Virus record (IMG/VR): IMGVR_UViG_3300010355_001052 | Length of the DNA stretch: 62,392 nt | Direction: 5' to 3' (one strand) | Origin: an uncultured virus (IMG/VR IMGVR_UViG_3300010355_001052) | Lineage: Duplodnaviria > Heunggongvirae > Uroviricota > Caudoviricetes | Program-made: the position numbers and the translations under genes | The notes under the pieces: model-generated | Told to the model about the DNA's origin: nothing | Databases searched by the model: none | Seen by the model: only the letters and a program-made list of their open reading frames with translations | Shown here: positions 30,128-40,737 of the stretch, piece by piece | Layout of the letters: each line of letters opens with the position of its first letter | Numbering within the stretch: the stretch's first letter is position 1

Positions 30128-32914
30128 CTATTTCTTTTTACTATTTTGTTCTTTTTTCTTAGCAGCTTGTTTACTATCAAATTGGTTTTTATTTTCTCTT
30201 GCAATTTGTACATCCATCTCTTTCATAGCTACTTGCGCCTGGATTTTCTCTTTAGCTAAGATGTTTTTCTCAGCAGCAACGCGGGATTTAGTATGTTCTT
30301 TTTGTTGATCAAAAGACATAGTTTGCTGAAACTCTTCACTAGATTTAATAGTTTCCATTTGATCCATGAAGTCTGACTGAGCATTAGCATTAAGATCTTG
30401 CATAGCACCATATCCTGAAGCTTTAATCTCAGCCACAAGAAGATCTTTTCTACGGTCTTTTTCTGCTTCCATAGTTTCATGATCAAGTTGCATTTGCTTT
30501 TCTTGTGTGCGTTGTTCAATCTCCATTTGTTTCATTTTCTCTTCATGCTCTAGTTCTTGTTGACGTTGAGCTTGAGTTTTCTTCTCTGTTGCTTTTAATA
30601 CAGAATTTAATTCAGATAAAGATTCAGCTTGCATTACATTACCTAAATCATAGATACTAGCACCAGTAGTATTATTGTTTACTACTAAACTCTTCATTTG
30701 TTCTATAATAGCTCTATGATTAGCTCTAGTAGTAGTATAAACATTTAGATCGCGTAGTAATAAATCTGTACCATTTATCTCAAAGTTTACCTTCTCTTCT
30801 GTAGAAGTCATGTACTGTAAACGTAGAGAAGGTTTTTTAGACTGATAATACTGAGCTAAGTCAGTTCTCATTTGGTGAACTCTTGGCATCAAGTAATCAC
30901 AGTGCTGAATAAAGTAAGTCTCTGTTTGTGCATATGAACCAGTTACAGCTTGCTCTATTCCTTTAGCCGTTTCTGTCTGACCTATTTGTTGACCTAATCT
31001 TTGTGGTGTAATACCTATTACCTCAAAACATTGTTGCTTAAAGTATGTTGCTAGTTGTATCCTTGAGAGCATTCTTTGTGTCTGCTCTAGATTTAAAGTT
31101 TGGAAATGCTGGAAGTTTAAAGCGTTTTCTGTGTTTGTAATAGAGGTATCCAGCGGTAACATCTGGAAATTTTTCATTGCCACATATGCTTTAGCCAGGT
31201 TGTTTTTACCCCAGTCTTCATTCATAGAATGTCTAGGTAATGCATTTTGGTCTAATAGAATAACAGTACCAAGTTCATCTACTAAGATATCAGCAATCTG
31301 GTTGTTTACAATGTTATATCCAATTTGGAATGGCTTCATTAAATCAACCATGGCTGTAGATCTAGTATTTCTATCAGAGAATACTGCACCTTCTACAGGA
31401 AGTTTACAACCATAAAGTGTATTGTCACCTTTAAACTGAAACTTAAGTGGACCAATCTTATTACGATCTATACCTAGATACATTGGACTAACTCCACCGG
31501 GACTATTCATACCCCAGAAAGATGGATGATTAGGACCAATCTTGATACCACCCCAAACTTCATTAATCCAGATCCAGTCTATGTGCTCACCAAAAATCAA
31601 ATTGTCTTTGGTTTTATTTTTAAATAACTGTGTATTGTAAACTGGTTTATCTGTGATCTTATATGATTCATCAACTATGTCTACCATAGTCTCACCATTC
31701 TCAGTAATCTTAGTAAGATGTCCCACTTTACGTTGAGATTTCCAGTAAGCAGTAGTTACGCGTAATAAGAATGAAGTACCCATTGGAGCATAATCTTCTC
31801 CTTCTGCCATGATCCAGTTAATGATATCTCCACCAGGGGCAACAGAGTTATCCCACATAGAAGTATATTGACGGTATGCTAAACCAGGCATGTTAGTATT
31901 CCAATCATGAGATTTAGTAGCATCATAATAACTACCATCATTTTGATACCCTTGTAAAGGATATCCTGCAGATCTTACCGGATAAATTGCTTCTAGAGAT
32001 TCTAACTGGTCAGTTGTCATCATGTAACCAAATCTGTCTATTACATCAGCAATAGTCATCATGTCTATTCTACCTACCCAGTTTCCTTGAGAAGTGTATC
32101 TAGCATCTGGAGATTTGTGGTAGAAAGTCAACACCGGGTTCCATAACTCTACTTCATAATCATCATCCCCCATTTTAAAATGCCAGAACTCACGGTCTGT
32201 AATTAACATGTCCCGGAATCCTCTCTCTTCTAACTCATCCATGCGGAATCTGTCTTCATCAATTTTCATTTGATGAGCAGCCCATTGTTCACACATGCTG
32301 CGGTAATCTTTATTAAAGAAAGACTGTATTTCAGGAAGAGACTTAAGATTTTCTGGTGAAGTTTGTTGCTTCATTTGTTCTTGAACTTCAGGATCATTAG
32401 GGTCTAATCCTTGTTCCAACATCGCGTTTAGTAATTTTTGCTCTGCCTTAGTTAATAGAACTTGTTCTACTTGAGCTCTTTTCATCTCAAGTTGTTCATT
32501 ATAAGAGTACTCATCTACACCACGGAATACAGTTTTAGTATTACGTTTAGAGAATTCTGCAGTAAGAACATTAATAACATTAGGAATAATAGGGTAAAAC
32601 TTAAGCTCTAATGCTGTAATATCATCTTGAGTTAAGGTTTCTACAAGATCTCGCATCTCATTATCTTCCTCAACTATGTAGTCATTTTTATCAATTACAC
32701 CTTTGGCTAATTTATAATTCTTCATTAGCCGGCGCGCATTTCTTCTGATTTGTTTAAGACCATTCCACTCTAGCCAGTCTAAATTCCAAGCAGTCCATTC
32801 TGGGTCCTTCTCAGATCTAGGTAGAAATTGTATTGGTTGGGTAATACTACCCATACGGTTATAGCTGGCTTTTTTACCAGCTTTAAGATCCATTGCATTT
32901 AATACAAGTCCCAT
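30128..32914 (-). CDS. Portal protein
   Basis: 928 aa, follows terminase; YPIIPNVINVLTAE and GITPQRLGQ motifs plus a long C-terminal coiled coil. Confidence 0.85.
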   Translation of the reverse strand: MGLVLNAMDLKAGKKASYNRMGSITQPIQFLPRSEKDPEWTAWNLDWLEWNGLKQIRRNARRLMKNYKLAKGVIDKNDYIVEEDNEMRDLVETLTQDDITALELKFYPIIPNVINVLTAEFSKRNTKTVFRGVDEYSYNEQLEMKRAQVEQVLLTKAEQKLLNAMLEQGLDPNDPEVQEQMKQQTSPENLKSLPEIQSFFNKDYRSMCEQWAAHQMKIDEDRFRMDELEERGFRDMLITDREFWHFKMGDDDYEVELWNPVLTFYHKSPDARYTSQGNWVGRIDMMTIADVIDRFGYMMTTDQLESLEAIYPVRSAGYPLQGYQNDGSYYDATKSHDWNTNMPGLAYRQYTSMWDNSVAPGGDIINWIMAEGEDYAPMGTSFLLRVTTAYWKSQRKVGHLTKITENGETMVDIVDESYKITDKPVYNTQLFKNKTKDNLIFGEHIDWIWINEVWGGIKIGPNHPSFWGMNSPGGVSPMYLGIDRNKIGPLKFQFKGDNTLYGCKLPVEGAVFSDRNTRSTAMVDLMKPFQIGYNIVNNQIADILVDELGTVILLDQNALPRHSMNEDWGKNNLAKAYVAMKNFQMLPLDTSITNTENALNFQHFQTLNLEQTQRMLSRIQLATYFKQQCFEVIGITPQRLGQQIGQTETAKGIEQAVTGSYAQTETYFIQHCDYLMPRVHQMRTDLAQYYQSKKPSLRLQYMTSTEEKVNFEINGTDLLLRDLNVYTTTRANHRAIIEQMKSLVVNNNTTGASIYDLGNVMQAESLSELNSVLKATEKKTQAQRQQELEHEEKMKQMEIEQRTQEKQMQLDHETMEAEKDRRKDLLVAEIKASGYGAMQDLNANAQSDFMDQMETIKSSEEFQQTMSFDQQKEHTKSRVAAEKNILAKEKIQAQVAMKEMDVQIARENKNQFDSKQAAKKKEQNSKKK

Positions 32915-32915
32915 A

Positions 32916-35111
32916 TTATTTTATATTTTTAAAAGCACTTCTAGGAGGTCCTTGTCTATAATTAGTACCAGACCTTCCCATATTCTTAAACAAACTCTTC
33001 TCTAATTTAAACAAATTTGCGGACTTTTCCAAGTGTTTCTTGTCTGTAGTCTCTAGTCTTTTTCTATAACCACGGTTTGCTTGTTGTACTTTAGCAAAAG
33101 AAATTAGTGCTGCTAAAGATACTAATCTATCCACGTTGACACCATCTGCATAACCTTCCATCTCTACTAAGGCCATCATATCTGGTATCCTTTCTATTCC
33201 ATAAGTTGTCCTAACTATAGTACCATCTTCTTTAGTCTCATGATCAATTTCTTCTTGAAGAAACTGGATTAAATAACTAAGTAAGTGAGCTTTAAAAAGA
33301 TTACCGGTATTCTTCCAACCATATTCTTGATATACGTTATTATTAGAACCTAAGTCTTTTAAGAACAAAATTTGATTCTTAGGTACAAGATATTTTTGTT
33401 TCTTCTTGGCAATCATGTACTGGATAAAAAGAGAGATGTTATTCTCTACAATTGTCCAGGCATTATACCACTCAATGATCATCTCTAGTACTTCATGAGT
33501 TTTCTGGAGATCATCATATCTACCACACCAAGCAGCTACAAGTTTATCTTTTTCTATGAAACTTTCTGTTTTATCACCATCTAGTCTAGTTACCTCTACT
33601 GGATTCTTATAAACATAAATAGAACAAAGAGATTCAGAAGTAGTAGTTTTTCCTTCTGAGACCGGATCCACAGAAGCAAAATATGTACCCCACTCAGCAT
33701 TCTTATCTGGTCTTTCCCATACTACTAAGACACCTGTTTTATCTTCTGTTTTCTTTGTAATAGGAAACTCCATGATAGGTAGCTTGGTAGTTATTTTAGC
33801 TTCTATCTTGCCGGTTGCATCATGAGAAAGATTGATAAACTCATAAGCATAATCTTTATCTGTTATTCTTCTTTTTTGAGCAGCTACTAAATGCTGAGGG
33901 AATAAAGAGATTGTTCTATGTGCAAAAGCTTCAGCTATATTACGCGGGCGCTGAGAGATCCTTAATTGATAAATATTTGGTTCTAATGTTTTCTTTTCAT
34001 GTGCTCTAATTTCATCAAGAGATTTTAGAGCTTCTTCTACCATGGAATTACCAAACTCATCTATAAAAGGCGGCATTGACCATTGCTCTGGAATAAATAA
34101 ACCGGCTAAAGCTATTGTACCTTTATCATCAATTAGATCAGTTTCTACAGGATAGATATCATTCTCTACTGGATACTTGATCATAGTTTCTAGAGGCTTA
34201 CATGAATCTAATTCCCCTACTGATCCTGCCGCTATAAAAATACCGGTTACAATATTACCCATTTGGAGTGCCGGCATAAGGTACTCTTTAGTCTTATCCA
34301 TTGTAGGAGCAATCCCAGCTTCCTCATAAAAGAAAATTCTACAATCACCCCCAACCCCTGCTGTTGGATCCTGATCTAGAGTCATACCTTGAATTACACC
34401 TTTACCTCCTATAATCTCAGGTCTTCCATTAACCTCTTCTTCAATTTGCTGTTGCCACATCAGAATCTTATTAGGATTCATAGGACGGTACCAAGCAGTC
34501 TTACTATCTAAGAATGATTTATATTCACTTAAAAATCTCCATGTTCCTTTATCATTGATCTTATCTTTAAGAGAGGACCCCATTTTTAAAATAGGAGTTT
34601 CTTCAAACCATATCTGATTGATCAATTTAGCAGCATGAAAATAAGAAGAAGCTATCTGTCTTTTCTTAAGAATAGCACAATGTTTAAAATTGAGTTCTGC
34701 TAATAGCTCATAAAGAGCCATGTGATATTGCGTATCCCAAACTTGTGGGAAGGCAAACTTTTTCTTCATTTTATCATTGATTGGAAGAAAATTTAACCAC
34801 ATGTAATATTCTCGGGCAAGATACCATGTTTTACCATTAGCTCTAAAGATTGCACCATATCTACATTTTTTCTTCTGATCTTCCCAATAGTCTCTATAGT
34901 CTTTAGAACCTTCTTTAGAAATACAGTAATAACCTCTACTGTCGTATATTCTAGCTTGTTCATTAAATACATGAGTAGTCTCATCCCATGCATATTGTCC
35001 CGGTACTTTAAATAGGGTTAGAATAAAAGCTGCAAATTCTTCTCTTGTAGAAAAACTTGTTTCTGTCCAATTACCTTTTTCCCATGTAGGGACAACTATA
35101 AAATTATCCAT
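32916..35111 (-). CDS. terL: Terminase large subunit
   Basis: KKRQIASSY Walker A-like motif, FFYEEAG Walker B, RNase-H-like SVDPV...ENN...DRL nuclease domain. Confidence 0.9.
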   Translation of the reverse strand: MDNFIVVPTWEKGNWTETSFSTREEFAAFILTLFKVPGQYAWDETTHVFNEQARIYDSRGYYCISKEGSKDYRDYWEDQKKKCRYGAIFRANGKTWYLAREYYMWLNFLPINDKMKKKFAFPQVWDTQYHMALYELLAELNFKHCAILKKRQIASSYFHAAKLINQIWFEETPILKMGSSLKDKINDKGTWRFLSEYKSFLDSKTAWYRPMNPNKILMWQQQIEEEVNGRPEIIGGKGVIQGMTLDQDPTAGVGGDCRIFFYEEAGIAPTMDKTKEYLMPALQMGNIVTGIFIAAGSVGELDSCKPLETMIKYPVENDIYPVETDLIDDKGTIALAGLFIPEQWSMPPFIDEFGNSMVEEALKSLDEIRAHEKKTLEPNIYQLRISQRPRNIAEAFAHRTISLFPQHLVAAQKRRITDKDYAYEFINLSHDATGKIEAKITTKLPIMEFPITKKTEDKTGVLVVWERPDKNAEWGTYFASVDPVSEGKTTTSESLCSIYVYKNPVEVTRLDGDKTESFIEKDKLVAAWCGRYDDLQKTHEVLEMIIEWYNAWTIVENNISLFIQYMIAKKKQKYLVPKNQILFLKDLGSNNNVYQEYGWKNTGNLFKAHLLSYLIQFLQEEIDHETKEDGTIVRTTYGIERIPDMMALVEMEGYADGVNVDRLVSLAALISFAKVQQANRGYRKRLETTDKKHLEKSANLFKLEKSLFKNMGRSGTNYRQGPPRSAFKNIK

Positions 35112-35292
35112 TAGTGTTTTCTTTTAGAATAAAATCTACAATATCTTGATGTTTACAAGAAGCAAAATGTGTAACTGAATATTTATCATTAAAAAATTTT
35201 ACAGAATCTTCTCTTTTAAATGCATACCAATATCCTTGATATGGATTAAAGTGAAAGAGCCATTCATATAATGCATCTTTATTACTGGTCAT
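35104..35292 (-). CDS. Small hypothetical protein
   Basis: 62 aa; overlaps the HNH stop and the terL start. Confidence 0.6.
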   Translation of the reverse strand: MTSNKDALYEWLFHFNPYQGYWYAFKREDSVKFFNDKYSVTHFASCKHQDIVDFILKENTNG

Positions 35293-35938
35293 ACGAATAT
35301 TTAAAATTAATAGGTGTGTAAAGATTAAGATATCTTCGTACTGAACTGTAAGACAACTTTAAGTATTCAGCTAATTCTTTAGCACAGCTGAATTTTTTAC
35401 CAGTTGTATAACAGGTTACAGATTTAGCTTTGTAACAATTACCATAACTAAGACTAGAACTAATTTTTTGATTAGTTTCTTTTGTAGGTTTATAGTTTTG
35501 TCTTGATTTCTTCCACTTCTCTAATTGATCTGGTGTAAGATGCTTACCAAAAAAAGGATGTAAATTTCCTTTCTTCCCATACATAGGATGGAGCTTACCT
35601 TGTCTTTCAGGTTTAGGAATTCCTTTTCTGAACTTACTGTATCCTACCTTAGCTTCAGCAAAAGATCTACTAGAAGGAATATATCTTTCTTGATTTTCAC
35701 TTTTTACTCGGCACATCATATAAAAAGCAAAGACTACTTTACTGTTTTCAGGATACATTCTAGCTAATAACCAATGAGCTAGAAAATGTTCTCTAGCAGT
35801 TAGTTTAACAATATTATCCTTACTGTTATTACCACCTAAACACTTTGGATTAATATGATGTTTTTCATAGTAACTTTCAATAGGAAGTCTATTAGTAGCT
35901 TTTTCTATTAATTGATTATATAACTTACTGTAATTCAT
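35282..35938 (-). CDS. HNH homing endonuclease with NUMOD3-type repeats
   Basis: YYEKHHINPKCLGG.N..DN.V.LTAREHFLAHWLL core and HPMYGK/HPFFGKH repeats; probable start at MNYSKLY (35938). Confidence 0.85.
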   Translation of the reverse strand: MNYSKLYNQLIEKATNRLPIESYYEKHHINPKCLGGNNSKDNIVKLTAREHFLAHWLLARMYPENSKVVFAFYMMCRVKSENQERYIPSSRSFAEAKVGYSKFRKGIPKPERQGKLHPMYGKKGNLHPFFGKHLTPDQLEKWKKSRQNYKPTKETNQKISSSLSYGNCYKAKSVTCYTTGKKFSCAKELAEYLKLSYSSVRRYLNLYTPINFKYSYDQ

Positions 35939-35942
35939 ATAG

Positions 35943-36455
35943 TTACTGGTCGTACGCTTTTCTTTTATCACCCCTTACACGAGCTTTATGTTCATCTAAT
36001 TCTTCTTGTACTATTTTCTCAAGTTGTTTAAACTCACTAATAGTTTTACCAGTACTTTTCATAGAAGAAACAAGTGCTGATAAGTTACCATCTTTACCTG
36101 CAGTAATTCCTTCAGTTCTACCAAATTTACCTAATTTTTCCAGAAGAATTTTTTGATCTTGGTAATATCTGTATGTAGGACTTGTTGTAAAGAATGACAT
36201 TTTTTCCATGGCCCTGAGCATTACAGGATCCTCCAGAGTATATTCACCTGGGAAATCTTCTAATAGAATTTCTTCTTTGTCTTCCTCTGGTACATTACAA
36301 TAAGGTCCTTTTGGTGCATGCAAAAAATGTAAAAAATTAAATGCAGGAATAGGATCCTCATAATAATCATAGATGGCTTTGAATTCTGGAATAGCTAGGC
36401 AATTATGATTTATAACCACCTTACCATTTTCTATGTCAAATATATCTGGAGTCAT
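35943..36455 (-). CDS. Conserved crAss-like protein upstream of terL (terminase small subunit candidate)
   Basis: 170 aa, helical, ends in RVRGDKRKAYDQ; position upstream of terL. Confidence 0.45.
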   Translation of the reverse strand: MTPDIFDIENGKVVINHNCLAIPEFKAIYDYYEDPIPAFNFLHFLHAPKGPYCNVPEEDKEEILLEDFPGEYTLEDPVMLRAMEKMSFFTTSPTYRYYQDQKILLEKLGKFGRTEGITAGKDGNLSALVSSMKSTGKTISEFKQLEKIVQEELDEHKARVRGDKRKAYDQ

Positions 36456-37276
36456 TATTTATTTTTATTTTCTTGTAACCAAATAATCATATTTCTAACC
36501 TCTGTCTTTAAGAAAGGTACTTCATATGGTATAACAGTTTTCACTATTGATTGACCATTAGAATCTTTTTTATTAATAGGATACCCAAATTCATCTTCAC
36601 CATCTTTTTCAAAAATGACATGATGTAACATCATCTTACCTGGTTTATGTCTTGGGTTATGTTTAAGCATCATATACATATACGCGCTTAATTGTAAAGA
36701 GTAATGATTAAAGTTGCAATCATCAAGATGAGCACATGGTCCCAACATCTTTTTAGTTGTACCATCCCAAGATCTGAAACCTTCTTTTCTGATTTCTTTA
36801 TTTGTTTTATAGTCAATGATATCAATTACATCTTTAACTACTTCAACTCTATCTGATTGTCCACATAGACCTGCAGATTTCAGAAAAATAAAATGTTCCG
36901 GATAAATACCTTCTGTAAGCCTTTGTTCAGGAGAGTGCTTAACACCATCCATAATTATAGGTTTAATAATAGGAATTGCTATACCAGATCTTTGTAAAGT
37001 ATCTAATTCTATTAAATCAGATTCACGCTGATCATGATAAAAAGTACCGGCATTTACTGCTCTATCTGTTTCACTAGCCCAGTGTTCCTGAATTTTTTCA
37101 GGTGGAATACCATACCATTTAGATTTTTTATTTTTAGAAGATTTAATTGATTGTGCTACAGGATCAAATTTTTCTTTAAATAATCCTACAAGAGTACTTA
37201 CACTAATCCAGTCTATTCTTTCATCTGGATCTAGACTTTCATACTTGTGATTCTCGGCTTTAAATATAACTGACAT
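36455..37276 (-). CDS. PD-(D/E)XK nuclease (Cas4/exonuclease-like)
   Basis: GTFYH...E...GQSD...IIDYKT...YSLQLSAY motifs. Confidence 0.8.
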   Translation of the reverse strand: MSVIFKAENHKYESLDPDERIDWISVSTLVGLFKEKFDPVAQSIKSSKNKKSKWYGIPPEKIQEHWASETDRAVNAGTFYHDQRESDLIELDTLQRSGIAIPIIKPIIMDGVKHSPEQRLTEGIYPEHFIFLKSAGLCGQSDRVEVVKDVIDIIDYKTNKEIRKEGFRSWDGTTKKMLGPCAHLDDCNFNHYSLQLSAYMYMMLKHNPRHKPGKMMLHHVIFEKDGEDEFGYPINKKDSNGQSIVKTVIPYEVPFLKTEVRNMIIWLQENKNK

Positions 37277-37288
37277 TGTTTAAGATTT

Positions 37289-37546
37289 TTAGTTTCTATT
37301 TTTCCACAGCTTCTCTATTTCTTCAATAGTAATCTGTGGGTCTTTCATGCGCTCTTTTAATGTGAATCTTACTACATCACAGAATTTTTCTTCTTTGGGA
37401 ACTACTACTGCAGGAGCCAAACCATTTAATTCAGATAATATTCTTTGACCATGACACGTAGGACAAATATTATAAATACTGCTAGTATATCCTGTTGCTA
37501 AGATTCTTCCTTCACCATTACATATGGGACATTTTTGCCAACTCAT
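37289..37546 (-). CDS. Small DnaJ-type zinc-finger protein
   Basis: CPICNGEG...CPTCHGQ motifs. Confidence 0.6.
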   Translation of the reverse strand: MSWQKCPICNGEGRILATGYTSSIYNICPTCHGQRILSELNGLAPAVVVPKEEKFCDVVRFTLKERMKDPQITIEEIEKLWKNRN

Positions 37547-37860
37547 TTTTTCCAGAATTTTAGTTTATCTACAAATGCTTCAATTCCCACTTTGATTTTT
37601 TCTTTCTCATCTAAAATACTTTTGACTACTTCTAGATTTTCTAGATCTTCAGAATCAATCATATTATTTAGATTGATAGATTCTTCTTCACTTAATACTT
37701 TTATTTTTTTAAGAGTTTTTACTCTTTGTCTTGCATCATATCTACCTTCACTTAAATCCATTATAACAAATCTATAAGATTCAACTGATGTTGTAGCAGT
37801 AGGATTAGCTACATCGATTCCAGACATACCTTGTGTCCAAAAACTATTGCTCGGGCTCAT
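37543..37860 (-). CDS. Hypothetical protein
   Basis: Overlapping, tightly packed ORF in the operon. Confidence 0.55.
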   Translation of the reverse strand: MSPSNSFWTQGMSGIDVANPTATTSVESYRFVIMDLSEGRYDARQRVKTLKKIKVLSEEESINLNNMIDSEDLENLEVVKSILDEKEKIKVGIEAFVDKLKFWKK

Positions 37861-38170
37861 AACCTATTTCTTTATAAAGTTTATCTTCTTCATCTTGATC
37901 CATAATAGCTGGCCACTTAGGACCATCCGGATGTGTACATTCTGAAGAAAGAGATCTTGTTTTAAATGCTAGTTTACACCCGCAATCTCCACAACAAGGT
38001 TGTGTACCAGGTACCATACATTTGGAACCTTCAAGATCTATAATGGGACATGCTTTACAGATCATCATTCTCTCTGCAGCTATTTTCTCAACAAGATCTT
38101 TTTTGAATATTGAGTTAGTAATACCTTCAAAGATCTGTTTCCGGTGTGTCCATATTTGTTTCAAACTCAT
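37844..38170 (-). CDS. Cys-rich small protein
   Basis: ERMMICKACP...CGDCGCKL.FKTRS...C....KW pattern. Confidence 0.55.
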   Translation of the reverse strand: MSLKQIWTHRKQIFEGITNSIFKKDLVEKIAAERMMICKACPIIDLEGSKCMVPGTQPCCGDCGCKLAFKTRSLSSECTHPDGPKWPAIMDQDEEDKLYKEIGYEPEQ

Positions 38171-38534
38171 TGCGCTTAATTTTTTTGTCCTTTTTCTTAG
38201 CTAGATTTTCATCTACCATTTTCTGCATATTCTCTACTTTATCTAATCTAGCTTGAATATCTCTAATAACAGCAAATTTTTGAAAAGTAGCATCCTCTTG
38301 ATTACCGAATCTTTGTAGATACCTCTTGTAAGTATCTTGAACTTCTTTTATTTTCCAATCTTTAATAGTAAATGTACCCATTCCATTTACCTTGATATTT
38401 GGAGATTTGAGGTCTACCAACGCTTTTCTTAAGTCTTTCCAGAAAAAAGAAGTTATATCATTAACTAAATCTTCATCAACTTTTAATTTATCAGCAGTTT
38501 GCTTGATAAATTCTTTAGGCTTTTTGGGATTCAA
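38127..38534 (-). CDS. IHF/HU-like protein (crAss IHF-54-like)
   Basis: IKQTADKL...IKVNGMGTFTIK is an HU/IHF signature. Confidence 0.65.
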   Translation of the reverse strand: MNPKKPKEFIKQTADKLKVDEDLVNDITSFFWKDLRKALVDLKSPNIKVNGMGTFTIKDWKIKEVQDTYKRYLQRFGNQEDATFQKFAVIRDIQARLDKVENMQKMVDENLAKKKDKKIKRNEFETNMDTPETDL

Positions 38535-38943
38535 CGTGTATGAATTTATAGTTTAATAGAATATTACCTGTAGTCTGAATTTTAAGATCAGGATTTAAAC
38601 TTATTTTCTTACGCCCACGACCTTCTTTAAGAAGGAGTTTTTCTCTCTCGATCTTAATAAGTACATTCCTAATGGTTTGTGGTGAGGATTCTGGCTGTTT
38701 CTCTTTAACCTTATCTGGGTTAACCTTCCAAGTTTTTAACTTTTCAGCTAATCTTTTATCAGCCATATCATTACAAAAGTCTGTTTGTTCAGTAGGTCCT
38801 GATAGACCTAAACTGACTAAACATTCTAATTCCAGATCACTTAGTACAATATTGTTTATTGAACAGTGAGTGATCAGCTGGAACCTGATGATATCATCAA
38901 GTCCCATCTGAACCTTTTTATCTACTACATTTACTTGTGCCAT
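38515..38943 (-). CDS. Winged-helix protein (RepL-like candidate)
   Basis: SPQTIRNVLIKIEREKLL...ISLNP; position next to IHF as in crAss-like phages. Confidence 0.4.
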   Translation of the reverse strand: MAQVNVVDKKVQMGLDDIIRFQLITHCSINNIVLSDLELECLVSLGLSGPTEQTDFCNDMADKRLAEKLKTWKVNPDKVKEKQPESSPQTIRNVLIKIEREKLLLKEGRGRKKISLNPDLKIQTTGNILLNYKFIHVESQKA

Positions 38944-38968
38944 GTTGGTATATGACTAACAGTATTAA

Positions 38969-39571
38969 TTAAAAATCTATTCCTTCTTCTAGAAGTGTAT
39001 AAGTAAATGAATCACCATGACCTTCATTTATATTTCTCTTTGCTATAGAAAGCACAAATGCTAAGTCTTTTTTATACCGGTGCACTTGACATGCAGCTGA
39101 GTTAGGACCTACTTTCCCAGAATCATAACCATGATGTTGATTAACCCCAAAGTACCCTTCTTGGATAGATTTAGGATCAAAGTTCATGATATTGTTTTTA
39201 TCCCGGTCACGGTATAATTTTACTTTACCACCAGTCTGAACAAAAGCTTCATATTTGTTTTTACCATGACCACCAATTTTCCAAACTCCTTTATATTGAC
39301 CTCTAGCAAGAATTCCACATCCTGCTGGGTTAAGTAGTTTTTGTGTCATGTAATAAAGACCAGGGTCAGTAGTAAATTGATCATCTACCCAGATCATATT
39401 TTGACCATTCTCTTGCCAGCATAATACAAAGAAATCATCCCAGTTATCTACTTGACGGTTCTTTGATCTAATACCAATCATATTGACATTCATCTCACCG
39501 GTGAAGAATTTAAAACCAGCTTTAGTTACAGCTGCTTTTACTTTGTTGTAGGATAAATCACTTTTTATCAT
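38969..39571 (-). CDS. Candidate endolysin, L,D-transpeptidase-like Cys peptidase
   Basis: IGIR...DD...TTDPG...GQY...NQHH...SAACQV resembles the H...SxGC catalytic motif. Confidence 0.5.
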   Translation of the reverse strand: MIKSDLSYNKVKAAVTKAGFKFFTGEMNVNMIGIRSKNRQVDNWDDFFVLCWQENGQNMIWVDDQFTTDPGLYYMTQKLLNPAGCGILARGQYKGVWKIGGHGKNKYEAFVQTGGKVKLYRDRDKNNIMNFDPKSIQEGYFGVNQHHGYDSGKVGPNSAACQVHRYKKDLAFVLSIAKRNINEGHGDSFTYTLLEEGIDF

Positions 39572-39846
39572 ACTGTTTCAGTCTTAAGTTTTTTAGCTAA
39601 TTTTTCAATGTTCTTAGTTTGAACATCTTTTTCCTCTTTAGGTTGAGTCTCAGCTACCATATTAGCAAGTCTAATATTCATAGTTACTCTTCTACATCTA
39701 GCTTCTTCAATATCTGCTAGGAGAGTTTCATATCTTGACTGGAGCTCAAGTAAAGGATTTTGAAGAGTATAATACTCAGTCATACGCTTACGCATCGCCT
39801 CTACTTCTGCAGGGGTCATTTCTCTTTCATCTGTTGGTTGTGACAT
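39568..39846 (-). CDS. Coiled-coil hypothetical protein
   Basis: 92-aa ORF preceded by a TACATTTG promoter-like element. Confidence 0.6.
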   Translation of the reverse strand: MSQPTDEREMTPAEVEAMRKRMTEYYTLQNPLLELQSRYETLLADIEEARCRRVTMNIRLANMVAETQPKEEKDVQTKNIEKLAKKLKTETV

Positions 39847-39967
39847 AATTTAAACTTTAATTAGTTATATCACAAATGTAATATAAAAAGTTTAAACTTA
39901 TATTATGTATAAATAAAAAAAGTCCTGGCGGTTACCAAGACTTTTTAACTATTTAAAAATGAAGAGT

Positions 39968-40681
39968 TTATCTAGAAACAACTGTAGGCCAAGCATAATT
40001 CCAATAATCCACCATAGCATTGTTATCTATAGTAATGTATCCAATTTTTCTTAACCAGAATTCATCAGGCTCCCCTACTACAGATGTAGGAACAAAAGCT
40101 ACATATTCTGTATTTACTCCAATAGATTTATCATAAGGTACTTTTACTGTGTTCCATTGATTAGCAAAAGTAGCTGGATCACTAGTTGGAGGAACTACCA
40201 AAACTGTATTATCAGCTCCTCTTAATGGACCGGTATAAAGAAACATACCACAGCTGTCTAACCAGAAAGTTTCAAATAATGGATCTACAATATAAGGTAG
40301 TAATGATACCGGATCTAAAAGTACATATGCACCATGGATAGCTCCTTGTAATTCCAACCATTCATCATTGTTAGTTGCTAATACACTACCTACTCCAAAT
40401 TGGCGATTACTTCTATTAGTAAAATAAAGTGATTCTACATCTCTTCCAAGAATTGTTTTATATGCCCAACCTGAATTAGGACCATTTGGTCTTCTTACTG
40501 AAGGATTACTAATGTTTTCTTCTTTACCATGGATACCAGCTAATAAATCAAATACAGCAGTAACCGGATCATTTACTTGACCAGGACGGAAACTATTATT
40601 AAGTTCCAACTGAGATTTATAAGGAATTAGACTTAATCTAATTGCTTGTGCTGCTGGATATATTTTATTAATTGCGGCCAT
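39968..40681 (-). CDS. Hypothetical protein, probably virion-associated
   Basis: 237-aa ORF with its own late-type promoter and terminator. Confidence 0.55.
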   Translation of the reverse strand: MAAINKIYPAAQAIRLSLIPYKSQLELNNSFRPGQVNDPVTAVFDLLAGIHGKEENISNPSVRRPNGPNSGWAYKTILGRDVESLYFTNRSNRQFGVGSVLATNNDEWLELQGAIHGAYVLLDPVSLLPYIVDPLFETFWLDSCGMFLYTGPLRGADNTVLVVPPTSDPATFANQWNTVKVPYDKSIGVNTEYVAFVPTSVVGEPDEFWLRKIGYITIDNNAMVDYWNYAWPTVVSR

Positions 40682-40737
40682 GCTTTTCTGTTTTATTATA
40701 TCTATAATATAAGTAAATTCTAGGAGAATTCCAAGAA

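Noticed and set aside
14305..35971. Group I introns or inteins housing the two endonucleases or interrupting terL, portal or MCP
   Set aside because: Both endonuclease ORFs abut neighbouring intact genes with no room for an intron core, and no intein motifs were seen.
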